From NCBI GenBank assembly GCA_965203905.1, contig CBDBDQ010000005.1, positions 4,128,001 to 4,192,000 of the forward strand: a DNA stretch of 64,000 nucleotides, in the 5' to 3' direction. Every line of letters begins with the position of its first letter. The stretch's first letter is position 1. The translations under genes were made by a program, and so were the position numbers. Under the pieces are notes generated by a model that saw only the letters and a list, made by a program, of their open reading frames with translations, searched no databases and had not been told where the DNA came from. The stretch is from Spirochaetia bacterium (GTDB taxonomy: Bacteria > Spirochaetota > Spirochaetia > SZUA-6 > Bin103). This document shows, in pieces, positions 18,552-29,062 of this stretch.

Positions 18552-19049
18552 GTGTTGATTGAAGCCTTCACCGATGGTGGCTGCAGCGGCAATCCCGGGC
18601 CCGGCGGCTGGGCCTTCCATGTCACCGTGCAGGCGGACGCCGCGGATGGCGGCGACGGCGTGGCGCGGGATCCGGTGGAAGATTCCGGATTCGCCGCCCG
18701 CACCACCAACAATCGGATGGAGTTGGCGGCCGTGATCCAGGCGCTGCGGGCGATCCGCGGCATGCCCGAGCACGCCGGGGCCCGGATCGTGGTGGTTACC
18801 GACTCGACCTACGTGCAACAGGGAATCGTCTCCTGGATTCACCGCTGGCGCGCCAACGGTTGGCGCACCGCGACCAAACAGCCGGTCAAGAACGTCGAGC
18901 TGTGGCGTCGCCTGGACGAGCTGGCACGCGCTACCGGCGCCCAGTTCCGCTGGGTGCGCGGGCACGCCGGCGATCCGCGCAACGAGCGCTGCCACAACCT
19001 GGTGCAGGCCGCCATCGCCGGTGCCCGTCGTCACCGGGCGCCGCAGTAG
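18552..19049 (+). CDS. rnhA: Ribonuclease HI
   Basis: TDGGCSGNPGPGGW, TTNNRMEL, TDSTYV, VKNVELW, WVRGHAG..NER. Confidence 0.95.
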   Translation: MLIEAFTDGGCSGNPGPGGWAFHVTVQADAADGGDGVARDPVEDSGFAARTTNNRMELAAVIQALRAIRGMPEHAGARIVVVTDSTYVQQGIVSWIHRWRANGWRTATKQPVKNVELWRRLDELARATGAQFRWVRGHAGDPRNERCHNLVQAAIAGARRHRAPQ

Positions 19050-19157
19050 CGCGAACATCGTCACCGACCCGCTCCCGGCCGCCGCCGGAGGGTCGCGCGT
19101 CTGACTCCCGAAAGCGGCGCAGAGCGCGGGCCGTTGTAGGTGGTCGGAGGCAACAGA

Positions 19158-20723
19158 GTGAGATCTCAGGTATTTGGCCATGCTCCCTTCGGGGTGGATG
19201 GCGACTTGGTGGCGGTGGAGGTGGACCTGCGCCGCGGTATCCCCGGCGTCGACATCGTGGGCTTGCCGGACGACGCGGTGCGCGAATCCCGGGAACGGGT
19301 GCGCGTCGCCATCCGCAACAGCGGCTTTCAGTTCCCGCGCGACCGGGTGCTGATCAACCTGTCACCGGCGGGCGTACGCAAGGTGGGCGCGGCGTACGAT
19401 CTGCCGCTCGCGCTCGCGGTACTGGTGGCGTCGGGCCAGGTGCCGCCGCCGGATGCCCCGGTGCTGGCCTGCGGCGAGCTCAACCTGGCCGGTGCGGTCC
19501 ATCCGGTGAGCGGGATCCTGACGGCGGTGTCGGCCGGCGTCAAGGCCGGCCACGGGTGGTTTCTGGTACCCGCCGACAATCGACGCGAGGCGGAGGCCCT
19601 GGGCGTGGGCACCGTGATGAGCGTGGCGAGCCTCACCGAAGCGGTGGCGGCTCTGGCCCAGGTGCGCGCGGTATCTCCGAACGGGAGCCACGGCCGCGCC
19701 GCCAACCCGGTCACCAGGGCCGCTTGCGGGCCATCGCCCTGGCGCAGGGAACTGGGCGAAGTCACCGACATACGCGGGCAGAGCGTGCTCAAGCGAGCGC
19801 TTGCCGTAGCTGCCGCCGGGGGCCATCACTCGCTGCTGTTCGGGCCTCCCGGCAGTGGCAAGACGATGGCGGGGCGGCGCCTGGTCGGCCTGCTGCCGCC
19901 GCTGCCCCGGCACCAGGCGCTGGCGGTCACGCGGATCCACTCGGTGTCCGGCTCGCTGCCGCACGCGGAAGGGCTGTTGCGCTGGCCTCCGTTTCGGGCG
20001 CCGCACCACAGCGCTTCCGCGGAAGGGGTGGTCGGCGGAGGCAGCATCCTGCGTCCCGGCGAGGTGTCTCTGGCCCACGCCGGAGTGCTGCTGTTGGACG
20101 AAGCACCGGAGTTTGCCCGGCCGGTACTGCAGAGCCTGCGCGAGCCGCTGGAGACCGGCCGCGTGGACGTCGCCAGAGCCGGGCGCAGCGCAAGCTTCCC
20201 GGCCAGCTTTCAACTGGTCATGACCGCCAATCCCTGCCCGTGCGGCAACCTGGGCCGGCGTCACGCCGCCTGCATCTGCTCTACCGCCGAGGTCAAGCAC
20301 TACTGGAAGCGGCTGGGCGGCGCACTTCTGGATCGCATCGACATCCGGGTCCCGGTGAATGACACCGCGCCTGCCGAGCTGCTCGAGCCCGGCGTGGAGC
20401 GTCCGGAGGATTACCTCGGCGCCGTGCATGAGGCGCGTTCGCGGCAACAGCAGCGCTATCGCGACTGCAGGTGGAGCGTGAACGCGCGGCTGCCGCCACG
20501 CGAGGTGGAGCGGTTCTGCCGCCTCGACCAGGCGCAGATCGACCAGCTCGGCCGCGGCATGCGTCACACCCAGCTCTCGTCGCGCGCCCTGCACTCGGTG
20601 ATCAAGCTGGCGCGCACGGTGGCGGACCTGGACGGCTGCGAGCGGATCGCCACGGCTCACGTGCACGAGGCCCTCCAGTACCGGAGGTACGGCGACGTGG
20701 ACATCTACTGGCACTACGATTAG
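19158..20723 (+). CDS. comM: YifB/ComM Mg-chelatase-like AAA+ helicase
   Basis: VGLPDDAVRESRERV, GPPGSGKT, RAPHHSAS, PGEVSLAH, NPCPCG. Confidence 0.92.
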   Translation: MRSQVFGHAPFGVDGDLVAVEVDLRRGIPGVDIVGLPDDAVRESRERVRVAIRNSGFQFPRDRVLINLSPAGVRKVGAAYDLPLALAVLVASGQVPPPDAPVLACGELNLAGAVHPVSGILTAVSAGVKAGHGWFLVPADNRREAEALGVGTVMSVASLTEAVAALAQVRAVSPNGSHGRAANPVTRAACGPSPWRRELGEVTDIRGQSVLKRALAVAAAGGHHSLLFGPPGSGKTMAGRRLVGLLPPLPRHQALAVTRIHSVSGSLPHAEGLLRWPPFRAPHHSASAEGVVGGGSILRPGEVSLAHAGVLLLDEAPEFARPVLQSLREPLETGRVDVARAGRSASFPASFQLVMTANPCPCGNLGRRHAACICSTAEVKHYWKRLGGALLDRIDIRVPVNDTAPAELLEPGVERPEDYLGAVHEARSRQQQRYRDCRWSVNARLPPREVERFCRLDQAQIDQLGRGMRHTQLSSRALHSVIKLARTVADLDGCERIATAHVHEALQYRRYGDVDIYWHYD

Positions 20724-20817
20724 CGCCCCGTCCTCGGTAAAAGTGGTACACTGGCCGTGGATGAGTCGGCACGGTCACTGCGTGACGCAGCACGGTCATT
20801 GCGCGACACGGAAGACC

Positions 20818-22119
20818 ATGAAAACGGCCCATGCGTCCGTGCACGGTGGCCACCATGTTCGCACCACGCCGGCGGCCATGGGAACCGCAGCCCAGGCGCC
20901 GCCGGCTGCTCGCCAGGTGCGGCCGCGGCGGTACCGTGGACGCCAGCTGGTCGCCAGCGCCGTGATCGCGGCCCTGGCCGGTGCAAGCGTCGGACTGGCC
21001 GTCGGGATCCGTTGGTCCGGTGACCGCACGGCGGTGCCGGTAGGCCCGACGCCGGCGTACGGCGCCCCGGCACTGCCGGTGCAGTTTCGCGTTGGCCGGG
21101 TGGGCGTCTCCGCCGACGAAGCCAACAACATCGACATCTATCAGCGCTACAACGAGGCGGTCGTGAATGTCACCGCGATTGCCATGGACTACCATTGGTT
21201 CCTGGACGTCGTCCCGCGCTCCGGGGCCGGCTCGGGGACGATTATCGATCGCGAGGGCCACGTGGTTACCAACTACCACGTCGTCAAGGACGCCCGGATG
21301 GTCGGCGTCACCCTGGCCAGCGGCGAGGAGCTGGAGGGGCGCGTGGTGGGAGCCGATCCGGAGACCGACCTCGCGGTGGTGAAGTTCGATCCGCGTGGTC
21401 TCGATCTCACCACCATCCCGTTCGGTCGCTCCGCCGACCTGATGGTAGGTCAGAAGGTGCTCGCGATCGGCAACCCGTTCGCCCTGAGCCGCACCCTCAC
21501 GACGGGCGTGGTATCGGGCCTGGGGCGGCCGGTGAGCGCCGTGAACGGCGTCATCATTCGCGAGATGATCCAGACCGACGCCTCCATCAACCCCGGCAAC
21601 TCGGGCGGTCCGCTGCTCAATTCGCGCGGCGAGATGATCGGCATCAACACCACCATCATCTCGCCGACGGGAGGCTCGGTGGGGATCGGATTCGCCGTGC
21701 CCATCGACACCGCGCGGCGGGTGTTGCCGGAGCTGCTGCGCCACGGCGAGGTGCGCCGCGGGTGGATCGACGTGCGGCCGGTGCAGCTCTTCCCCCGCCT
21801 GGCGCGGCAACTGCGTCTGCCGGTGGAACGCGGTATCCTGGTATCCGAAGTGATCCAGGGAGGGAACGCGGCGGCAGCGGGGCTGCGTGGCGGCAGCCGC
21901 TCCGTGCGCTGGGGCCGGTCGGTGTTCCGGGTGGGCGGCGACATCATCCTCGAGGTGGACGGTACCGCGACCGCAACCATCGCCGATCTGTTCAACGCGC
22001 TGGAGGACAACAAGCCGGGAGAGCGGATAGAAGTGGTGTACCAACGCGGCGCGCGGCGCCATACCGCCACGGTGATCCTGAGCCGCCGCTCGCGGCAGAT
22101 TCAGGAGTATTTTTCTTAG
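20818..22119 (+). CDS. HtrA/DegP-like serine protease with PDZ domain
   Basis: GSG, TNYHVV, DLAV, IQTDASINPGNSGGPL, PDZ. Start uncertain (20743-20878). Confidence 0.92.
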   Translation: MKTAHASVHGGHHVRTTPAAMGTAAQAPPAARQVRPRRYRGRQLVASAVIAALAGASVGLAVGIRWSGDRTAVPVGPTPAYGAPALPVQFRVGRVGVSADEANNIDIYQRYNEAVVNVTAIAMDYHWFLDVVPRSGAGSGTIIDREGHVVTNYHVVKDARMVGVTLASGEELEGRVVGADPETDLAVVKFDPRGLDLTTIPFGRSADLMVGQKVLAIGNPFALSRTLTTGVVSGLGRPVSAVNGVIIREMIQTDASINPGNSGGPLLNSRGEMIGINTTIISPTGGSVGIGFAVPIDTARRVLPELLRHGEVRRGWIDVRPVQLFPRLARQLRLPVERGILVSEVIQGGNAAAAGLRGGSRSVRWGRSVFRVGGDIILEVDGTATATIADLFNALEDNKPGERIEVVYQRGARRHTATVILSRRSRQIQEYFS

Positions 22120-22125
22120 CAGCGT

Positions 22126-24174
22126 ATGCCGGAGTTCAAGGTTGTTGCAGACTTCGTGCCCGCCGGCGATCAGGGACCGGCCATAGCGGCGCTCTGCCGC
22201 GGGCTCGAGCGGGGCCACCGCTATCAGACGCTCAAGGGCGTCACCGGTTCGGGCAAGACCTTCTCCATGGCCAAGATCATCGAAGGCGCCCAGGTACCGA
22301 CCCTGGTAATCTCCCACAACAAGACGCTGGCGGCTCAGCTCTACCGCGAGTTCAAGGACTTCCTGCCGCACAACGCGGTGGAGTACTTCGTCTCCTACTA
22401 CGACTACTATCAGCCGGAGGCGTACGTTGCCAGCCGCGATCTCTACATCGAGAAGGACGCCTCCATCAACGACGAGATCGAACGGCTGCGGCTGGGTGCG
22501 ACCACCGCGCTGATGGAGCGGCGCGACGTGGTGGTGGTGGCCACCGTGTCCTGCATCTACGGTCTGGGGAGCCCCGACGACTACCGCGACATGCGGGTCG
22601 AGCTGGAGCTGGGAAGCGAGGTCGAGCCGCGCCGCCTGATGCGGCGCCTGGTCGCCCTGCAGTACACCCGCAACGACGCGCTGCTGATGCGCGCCGGCTT
22701 CCGCAGTCGCGGCGAAGTGATCGAGGTGCTGCCGCCGCACGCCAAGGAGGGGCTTCGCATCGAGTTCTTCGGCGACGAGATCGAACGCCTGCGGCGCATC
22801 GACCCGCTCACCGGCAATGCGCTGGCCGAGCTCGAGTTCGCAGCGGTCTACCCGGCCAAGCACTTCGTAACCCCCGAGGAGCGGCTGGAGCGGGCGGTGG
22901 CGGCGATCCGCGAGGAGCTGGAGGTGCGCCACGAGCAGTTACTGCAGCAGGGCAAGCTGGTGGAGGCGCAACGGCTGCTGACGCGCTCCGAGTACGACCT
23001 CGAGATGCTCGCCGAGATCGGTTACTGCAGCGGCATCGAGAACTACTCCCGGCACCTGAGCGGCCGCAAGGAGGGGGAGCGCCCGGCGGTGCTGCTCGAT
23101 TTCTTCCCGCAGGAATTCCTGGTGTTCATCGACGAGTCGCACGTCACCGTGCCCCAGGTCGGCGCAATGTACGAGGGCGACCGCTCGCGCAAGGAGGCGC
23201 TGGTGGACCACGGCTTCCGTTTGCCGTCGGCACTGGACAACCGGCCCCTCACCTACGGCGAGTTCGAGGGAATGCTGGAGCGGGTGGTGTACGTGTCCGC
23301 CACCCCGGCGGCGGAGGAGCTGAGCACCTCGGCACAGGTCGTGGAGCAGGTGATCCGGCCCACCGGGCTGCTGGATCCGGAGATCGAGGTGCGCCACTCC
23401 GCGGGCCAGATCGAGGACCTCTATCGGCAGATCAGGCAGCGTACGGCACGCGGCGAACGTACGCTGGTGACCACCCTCACCAAGCGCATGGCGGAAGACC
23501 TCACCGACTACCTGGCGGACATCGGGGTGCGCTGTCGCTTTCTCCACTCGGAGGTGGATACCTTCGAGCGGGTCGAGATCCTGCGCGACCTGCGGGCCGG
23601 GGAGTTCGACGTGCTGGTGGGTGTCAATCTGCTGCGCGAGGGCCTGGATCTGCCGGAGGTGTCGCTCATCGCCATCCTCGATGCCGACAAGATCGGCTTC
23701 CTGCGCTCCACCACGTCGCTGATCCAGATCATCGGCCGCGCGGCGCGCAACGTGAACGGACGGGTGATCATGTACGCCGACCGCGAGTCGGACTCCATGC
23801 GCGAGGCGATCTCGGAAACCAGCCGCCGCCGCGCCCTGCAACTCGCGTACAATTCCGAGCACGGCATCACGCCGACCTCCATCACCAAGGCGGTGCAGGA
23901 TCTGCTGGTGCGCAAGGCGGACGAGAAGCGGTCGGCGGAGAAGCTGGATCTGGAGGTGGTCAAGCAGCGGTTCAACGTGCTGGTGCCGAAGGAGCGCCGC
24001 GCGCTGATTCGGACGTTGGAAAAGGAGATGCTGGAGTTGGCCAAGGACCTGGAGTATGAGCGTGCCGCCGTGCTCCGTGACGAGATCAACAACCTGCGGG
24101 AGCTCGATGGTCCGGGAGCCAAGTCCCCCGCGGCCCCGGCCCCGGCTCGGGCCCGCGTCCGCCGTGCCGACTGA
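22126..24174 (+). CDS. uvrB: Excinuclease ABC subunit B
   Basis: GVTGSGKT, YYDYYQPEAY, DESH, NLLREGLD, C-terminal UVR domain. Confidence 0.98.
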   Translation: MPEFKVVADFVPAGDQGPAIAALCRGLERGHRYQTLKGVTGSGKTFSMAKIIEGAQVPTLVISHNKTLAAQLYREFKDFLPHNAVEYFVSYYDYYQPEAYVASRDLYIEKDASINDEIERLRLGATTALMERRDVVVVATVSCIYGLGSPDDYRDMRVELELGSEVEPRRLMRRLVALQYTRNDALLMRAGFRSRGEVIEVLPPHAKEGLRIEFFGDEIERLRRIDPLTGNALAELEFAAVYPAKHFVTPEERLERAVAAIREELEVRHEQLLQQGKLVEAQRLLTRSEYDLEMLAEIGYCSGIENYSRHLSGRKEGERPAVLLDFFPQEFLVFIDESHVTVPQVGAMYEGDRSRKEALVDHGFRLPSALDNRPLTYGEFEGMLERVVYVSATPAAEELSTSAQVVEQVIRPTGLLDPEIEVRHSAGQIEDLYRQIRQRTARGERTLVTTLTKRMAEDLTDYLADIGVRCRFLHSEVDTFERVEILRDLRAGEFDVLVGVNLLREGLDLPEVSLIAILDADKIGFLRSTTSLIQIIGRAARNVNGRVIMYADRESDSMREAISETSRRRALQLAYNSEHGITPTSITKAVQDLLVRKADEKRSAEKLDLEVVKQRFNVLVPKERRALIRTLEKEMLELAKDLEYERAAVLRDEINNLRELDGPGAKSPAAPAPARARVRRAD

Positions 24175-24652
24175 GCGGCGCCCGAGTGCCGCCGCGGGAT
24201 CGCTGGCGCCGCCGCGACGGCCCGCGGCCGGCGCCGGTGCGAAACCGCGCCGCCGCGGCGGCAGCGCCGCGCTGGGCGCCGCGCTGGTGATGGGCGCCGC
24301 CGCGCTGGGTTGCCAGCAGGACGAGTCCGAGGAACGACTCCTGCTGCCGGCTACCTCGGTGGTCGCCACCAACGAGGTGCGCGGCATCGTCACCGCCGAC
24401 TCACTGCGCGTCCGCGCCCAGCCCTCGGTGCGTGCCGAGGTGCTCTCCTACCTGCGCCGCGGCGAGGTGGTGGAGGTGTTGCGCCGCGGTGAGGAGGAGC
24501 AACGCATTGGCGGCTACCAGGGGTATTGGTTCGAGGTGACCTTCGAGGGCGTGCGCGGCTGGGCATTCGGCACCCATCTGGACCTGCTCACGCCTGGTGC
24601 GACCGACGCCGCAGTGAACGCGCGGGTAGAGGCTGCCCGCAGCATCGATTGA
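24164..24652 (+). CDS. SH3b-domain lipoprotein
   Basis: Lipobox-like ALGC; LRVRAQPS...GEVVEVL...WFEV...GWAFG SH3b pattern. Start uncertain. Confidence 0.75.
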   Translation: MPTERRPSAAAGSLAPPRRPAAGAGAKPRRRGGSAALGAALVMGAAALGCQQDESEERLLLPATSVVATNEVRGIVTADSLRVRAQPSVRAEVLSYLRRGEVVEVLRRGEEEQRIGGYQGYWFEVTFEGVRGWAFGTHLDLLTPGATDAAVNARVEAARSID

Positions 24653-24740
24653 CGCCGGCGAAGCCAGCGATGAAACGGTTCCCGGCCGGGAGTGCCCGCC
24701 CGCTGCCACCACCGCGCCGCCGGCACATCCGACTGCCGCG

Positions 24741-26393
24741 GTGCTGACGATTCTGCTGGTCTGGGTAGTTCCCATCGTGTGGGGCGCCCTGATCGGCTAC
24801 TTCACCAACGCCCTGGCCATCAGAATGCTGTTCCGGCCGCTCACCCGGAAGTACCTGCTGGGAATCCCCGTGCCGTTGACGCCGGGCATCATCCCGCGGC
24901 GGCGCGGCGAGTTGGCGCGCAGTATTGCGCGCATGGTGGCGCGCGACCTGCTGTCGGCGGAAGCGGTTCGTGCCCGCCTGCAGACCGAGACCTTTCGCGT
25001 CGCACTGGAGACCCAGTTCCGGCACTTGCGCCAGACCTTGCTGCAGCGCCCACTGGCGGAGCTTGCGGCACATGCCGGGAGCGCGTTGCGTGGCATGCCG
25101 CAGGACGAAGCGCAGGCGGGTGACGACCGCGGGGAACTCTCCTGGCCCGACCTCGTGCGCCACCTGTTGCAACGGTTGCTGGTACGGCTGGTGGGCTCAC
25201 GGGGGTTCATCTACGGCGTGCGCAGCCTGGTGCAGCGGCTGGTGGATGACTTCGGGGCGCGGCGCCTGCACGAGCTGATCGGGGTCGATCAGCTCACCGC
25301 GCTGGTCACCGGCAGCCTGCTGCCGGCGCTCGGCCGCGACGAGATCCGGGCCCAGGTCTCCGCGCTGGTCAAGGACTGGCTGCACCGCCAGCGCGCGGCC
25401 AACGTACCCCTGGACCGGTTCCTGACGCCCGAGACCACGGAACTGCTGATCGGCCTGTTCCGGCGCAATCTGCCGGCGCTGCTCGACGTGCTGTTCACCT
25501 GGCTACGCGGTCCCCGGGTGCGCCGCGAGCTGGAGGTATACGGCCGCGCCATCCTGCGCGACATCCTCGACAAGCTGAACCTGATGCAGAAGGTGTTCAT
25601 CACCGCCGGCCAGTACGACCGCAGCCTGAACGAGCGGATGCCGGAGATCGTGACCGACGTGATCGATCAGGCGGAAGCGGCCACCGCCAGCACCGCGGTG
25701 CGGGAGCAGATCTGCGGCGGCGCGCGGCGCGCCCTGGCACAGTGGAGGACCCGCGGCCTTGGCGACCTGGCTGCCGACTCGGCGACCCAGATCGATGAGC
25801 TGGTGGACCACCTGGTGGCGCGTGTGTTCGATGCGTTCTCCGGCCACGGTGCAACCGGTGTCGCCCCCGTTCCGGCCGACGAAGCGGTGCGGCGCTGGTA
25901 TTCGCAGCATGGCGACGCTACTCTGGCGGAGCTCGCCGCGCGCTATCTTGGCGTGCAGCCTGCGGCGGTGGCCGACTTTCTTGCCAACCAGCTCCTCGGG
26001 CACCTGGCGCGCCCGGAAACCGGGCAACAGATCGCCGAGTTGATTCCCGCGCTGGCAGGAGAGGCGCTGGGCCGGGCCGACACCGCGGCCGGAACCACGA
26101 CCCTGGGCGAGGTGTTCGCATTGCCGGCGGCGACCGCAAACCGGCTCGACGGCGTCCTGACCCGGTGGGCGATCGGGTTCCTGGGCGAGCGGCTGCCATC
26201 GGTGATGGATACGATCGACATTCAGTCGCTGGTGATCGCCAAGATCGACGCCCTCGACGCACGGCAGGTAGAGCAGCTCCTGCTCACCGTGATCGCCCGC
26301 CACCTGAAGTGGATCAAGCTGTTTGGTGCCGTCATCGGCGCCGCCATCGGCTTGCTGCTGATCGCCCTGCGGGCGGTCAGCCCGGGTCTCTGA
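24741..26393 (+). CDS. DUF445 family membrane protein
   Basis: GALIGYFTNALAIRMLFRP...PGIIPRRR N-terminus; HLKWIKLFGAVIGAAIG C-terminus. Confidence 0.85.
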   Translation: MLTILLVWVVPIVWGALIGYFTNALAIRMLFRPLTRKYLLGIPVPLTPGIIPRRRGELARSIARMVARDLLSAEAVRARLQTETFRVALETQFRHLRQTLLQRPLAELAAHAGSALRGMPQDEAQAGDDRGELSWPDLVRHLLQRLLVRLVGSRGFIYGVRSLVQRLVDDFGARRLHELIGVDQLTALVTGSLLPALGRDEIRAQVSALVKDWLHRQRAANVPLDRFLTPETTELLIGLFRRNLPALLDVLFTWLRGPRVRRELEVYGRAILRDILDKLNLMQKVFITAGQYDRSLNERMPEIVTDVIDQAEAATASTAVREQICGGARRALAQWRTRGLGDLAADSATQIDELVDHLVARVFDAFSGHGATGVAPVPADEAVRRWYSQHGDATLAELAARYLGVQPAAVADFLANQLLGHLARPETGQQIAELIPALAGEALGRADTAAGTTTLGEVFALPAATANRLDGVLTRWAIGFLGERLPSVMDTIDIQSLVIAKIDALDARQVEQLLLTVIARHLKWIKLFGAVIGAAIGLLLIALRAVSPGL

Positions 26394-26419
26394 CCTCCAG
26401 GACGCTCAGGCGCGGCATG

Positions 26420-27226
26420 CTAGTAGTCGTCTGCCAGGCGTTGCCGCAACCAGCCCTCCAGGGCGTCGAGACGATTGCCGAGCGAGGTCTGTGCGCGCTC
26501 ACGGGCGAAGTCGAGGTCGGCGGCATGAATCGCCGCGCTGGCGTAGAACAGCAGGCCACGGTCGGTAGGAGTGATCGTCACCACGCTGCGAAAGTCGCCC
26601 TCCGCCACCAGCGGCAGGATGCCCCACCACATGGTGGTCAGGTTCTCGACCTGCATCACGATGCTCACCCCGTCGAACCGGAAGTCCGCCTGGTACACGT
26701 TGCTGCCGAAGGTGGAGTCCTCCTGCTCCAGAAACAGCGACGAGTGGCGTGGTACGCTACTCGCCACCGGATCCGGCTGTGGAGTACGATCCGCGGGACC
26801 GACAATGGCATGAGAGCGCTGGTACAGCGTACGATAGTGACCGCGACTGTCGGAGAAGTATTCGATGCCTTGCAGAGTGCTGACCGCACGCAGATGGTTG
26901 TACAGCGCGGTCCAATCGCAGGAAGCGCCGCCGGGAAGCAGGCGCAGGACCTCGGCACCGTATGTCACGCCGATGGCGGCGACGGAAGTCGCGATGGCGC
27001 TCCGGTCCGGCAGCTCCGGCACCAGCTCCGGTGTCGCGCCGGCCAGCAGCGGGACCTGGACTCCCCGCTGCTGGAGGCGCGCGCGAACCACGCCATCGGG
27101 AACCAGCTGCGTCAGCTCGGCCGGGCACGCGCCGGCGTTGCTCGCCGCGACCGCGATCACCAGCAGCACTCCCCGGCCGCGGAGCGGCCTGTGGCAGCCC
27201 ACCGCGGCACGCCGGATGAAACCCAT
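26420..27226 (-). CDS. Secreted hypothetical protein (spirochaete DUF6675-like)
   Basis: AVSTLQGIEYFSDSR...QEDSTFGSNVY pattern recalled from spirochaete hypotheticals; hydrophobic N-terminus. Confidence 0.6.
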   Translation of the reverse strand: MGFIRRAAVGCHRPLRGRGVLLVIAVAASNAGACPAELTQLVPDGVVRARLQQRGVQVPLLAGATPELVPELPDRSAIATSVAAIGVTYGAEVLRLLPGGASCDWTALYNHLRAVSTLQGIEYFSDSRGHYRTLYQRSHAIVGPADRTPQPDPVASSVPRHSSLFLEQEDSTFGSNVYQADFRFDGVSIVMQVENLTTMWWGILPLVAEGDFRSVVTITPTDRGLLFYASAAIHAADLDFARERAQTSLGNRLDALEGWLRQRLADDY

Positions 27227-27432
27227 CACCGGCGTGGTCCGCAGATGCCGGCCGGCAGGTGATGCCTGTGTCTCGGTTTCATCGTCTACCATGTCACGGA
27301 GCGAGCGTGCCAACTCACCATAGAAACTCCGCGAGGCACCGGCAAGCGCCGCGCGGGCGTCATGCGGCGCGGTGTTGAGGACGGTGGCGCCGGTGCGGCG
27401 GGGTAACGGTGATACCACGGTACGGAGCTGAC

Positions 27433-28560
27433 GTGCCACTGGCGGTCTTTACCGGCGGCGGCACCGCCGGGCACATCATTCCCGGACTGGCGATAATCCG
27501 CGAGTTGCAAACCGGCGGCTGGCGGGCCGCGTGGATCGGATCACGCCGGCCCGCGGAACGCACACTGGTACGCGCCGCACGGGTGCCCTTCTACGCCATC
27601 CCGGCAGGGAAGCTGCGCCGCTACTACTCGCTGCGCAACTTCGCGGACGGCGCCGCGGTGCTGGCCGGCTGCCTGCACGCGCTGCTGCTGCTGGCCCGCC
27701 TGCGTCCACGCGTCCTGTTCGCCAAGGGCAGCTACGTGAGCGTGCCGCCGGTGGTGGCGGCGCGGCTGCTGGGCATCCCGGTAATCACCCACGAGTCCGA
27801 CACTACCCCGGCGCTGGCCACCCGAATCAATGCCAGCATGGCGCACACCGTCCTGGTGGCGTTCGCCGCCACCCGCGGCAAGCTGCCGTCGCGCCTGCAC
27901 CGGCGGGTACGGGTTACCGGCAACCCGCTGCGCTCCGGCCTGGAGCAGGGCGACGCGGAACGCGGGCGCAGCCGGGTGGGCGCTCCGCCGGGATTGCCGC
28001 TGCTGTTCGTCACCGGGGGCAGCAGCGGTGCCCGGGCGCTCAACGAGCTGGTCTACCACGCGCTGCCGGAACTGGTCCGGCATTGGTTCGTGGTGCATCA
28101 GACCGGAGCGGCGTGGCGTGCTCCGGCTACCGCACCGGCGCCGCCGGTGGCCGGCCGCTACCGTGCCCTGCCGTTCGTGACCGAGGGGTTCCCCGATCTG
28201 CTGGCCGCCGCAGACGTGGTGGTGAGCCGCGCCGGAGCGAATACCCTCGGCGAACTGGCGGCGACCGCCACCCCGGCGGTGCTGATTCCGCTGCCGCGTA
28301 CTCAGAGCCGCGGTGAGCAGTTGGCCAACGCGGAGCTGTTCGCCGCGCAGGGCGCCGCGCTGGTGCTGGCCGAGGAGCAGACCGATTCCGCCACCCTTAC
28401 CGCGGCACTGCACGAGCTGCGCTGCGATGCCGTCCGCCGCCGGCACATGGCCAGCAACATGGCGCGGCTCGCTACCCGCGACGCCGCGCGCCGCATCGCA
28501 AGTATCGTGGCCGCCAGCGCCGGCAGTCGTGGCACCGGCGGAAGAGGGGAGGGTAGCTGA
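27433..28560 (+). CDS. murG: MurG glycosyltransferase
   Basis: TGGGTAGHIIPG, GKLRRY, HESD, TGNPLR, GGSSGA, SRAGANT, EQLANA. Confidence 0.95.
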   Translation: MPLAVFTGGGTAGHIIPGLAIIRELQTGGWRAAWIGSRRPAERTLVRAARVPFYAIPAGKLRRYYSLRNFADGAAVLAGCLHALLLLARLRPRVLFAKGSYVSVPPVVAARLLGIPVITHESDTTPALATRINASMAHTVLVAFAATRGKLPSRLHRRVRVTGNPLRSGLEQGDAERGRSRVGAPPGLPLLFVTGGSSGARALNELVYHALPELVRHWFVVHQTGAAWRAPATAPAPPVAGRYRALPFVTEGFPDLLAAADVVVSRAGANTLGELAATATPAVLIPLPRTQSRGEQLANAELFAAQGAALVLAEEQTDSATLTAALHELRCDAVRRRHMASNMARLATRDAARRIASIVAASAGSRGTGGRGEGS

Positions 28561-29057
28561 TGGTGATAGCGGTCGCCGACGTGGTGTGCGCGGCGATCCT
28601 GCTGCTGGCAGGGCTGCGCGGCGGGATTCGCGGCTTCGTGGCGGAGACTTTCTCGCTGGGGGCGATCGCGGCGGGCGTCGCCGTGGCCGTCGTCGGCCAC
28701 CCGCTCGTGATGCAGCAGCTTGAGACCTTGTGGGAAGCGGCATGGTGGCAGCGACCGGTTGCCGTCGTGGCGCTGTTCGTGGCCACCTACCTGGTGGTCA
28801 AGCTGCTGCAGGCGGTCTCGCAGCGGGCCTGCGCCGCACTGCGCCTGAAGGGACTCGACCACATCCTCGGAATCGGGGTTGGTGTTGCCGAGGGACTGAT
28901 CGTCGTGTATGGATTCCTGGTCCTGGCACGGGTGCAGACGCTGATCGACACCGGGCCGTGGTTCGCCGATTCGCTGGTGCAGGAACTGCTGCTGCCCTGG
29001 ATGCTCGCCAACCTGCCGTTTCCCGAGCTTCCGGCCCCGGAATCGGCCACGATATAG
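28560..29057 (+). CDS. cvpA: CvpA family membrane protein
   Basis: GGIRGFVAETFSL, four TMs, LDHILGIGVG. Confidence 0.85.
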   Translation: MVIAVADVVCAAILLLAGLRGGIRGFVAETFSLGAIAAGVAVAVVGHPLVMQQLETLWEAAWWQRPVAVVALFVATYLVVKLLQAVSQRACAALRLKGLDHILGIGVGVAEGLIVVYGFLVLARVQTLIDTGPWFADSLVQELLLPWMLANLPFPELPAPESATI

Positions 29058-29062
29058 CCGCC

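Noticed and set aside
20770-20811. 21-bp imperfect tandem duplication upstream of or within htrA
   Set aside because: Only two copies; likely local slippage with no evident function.
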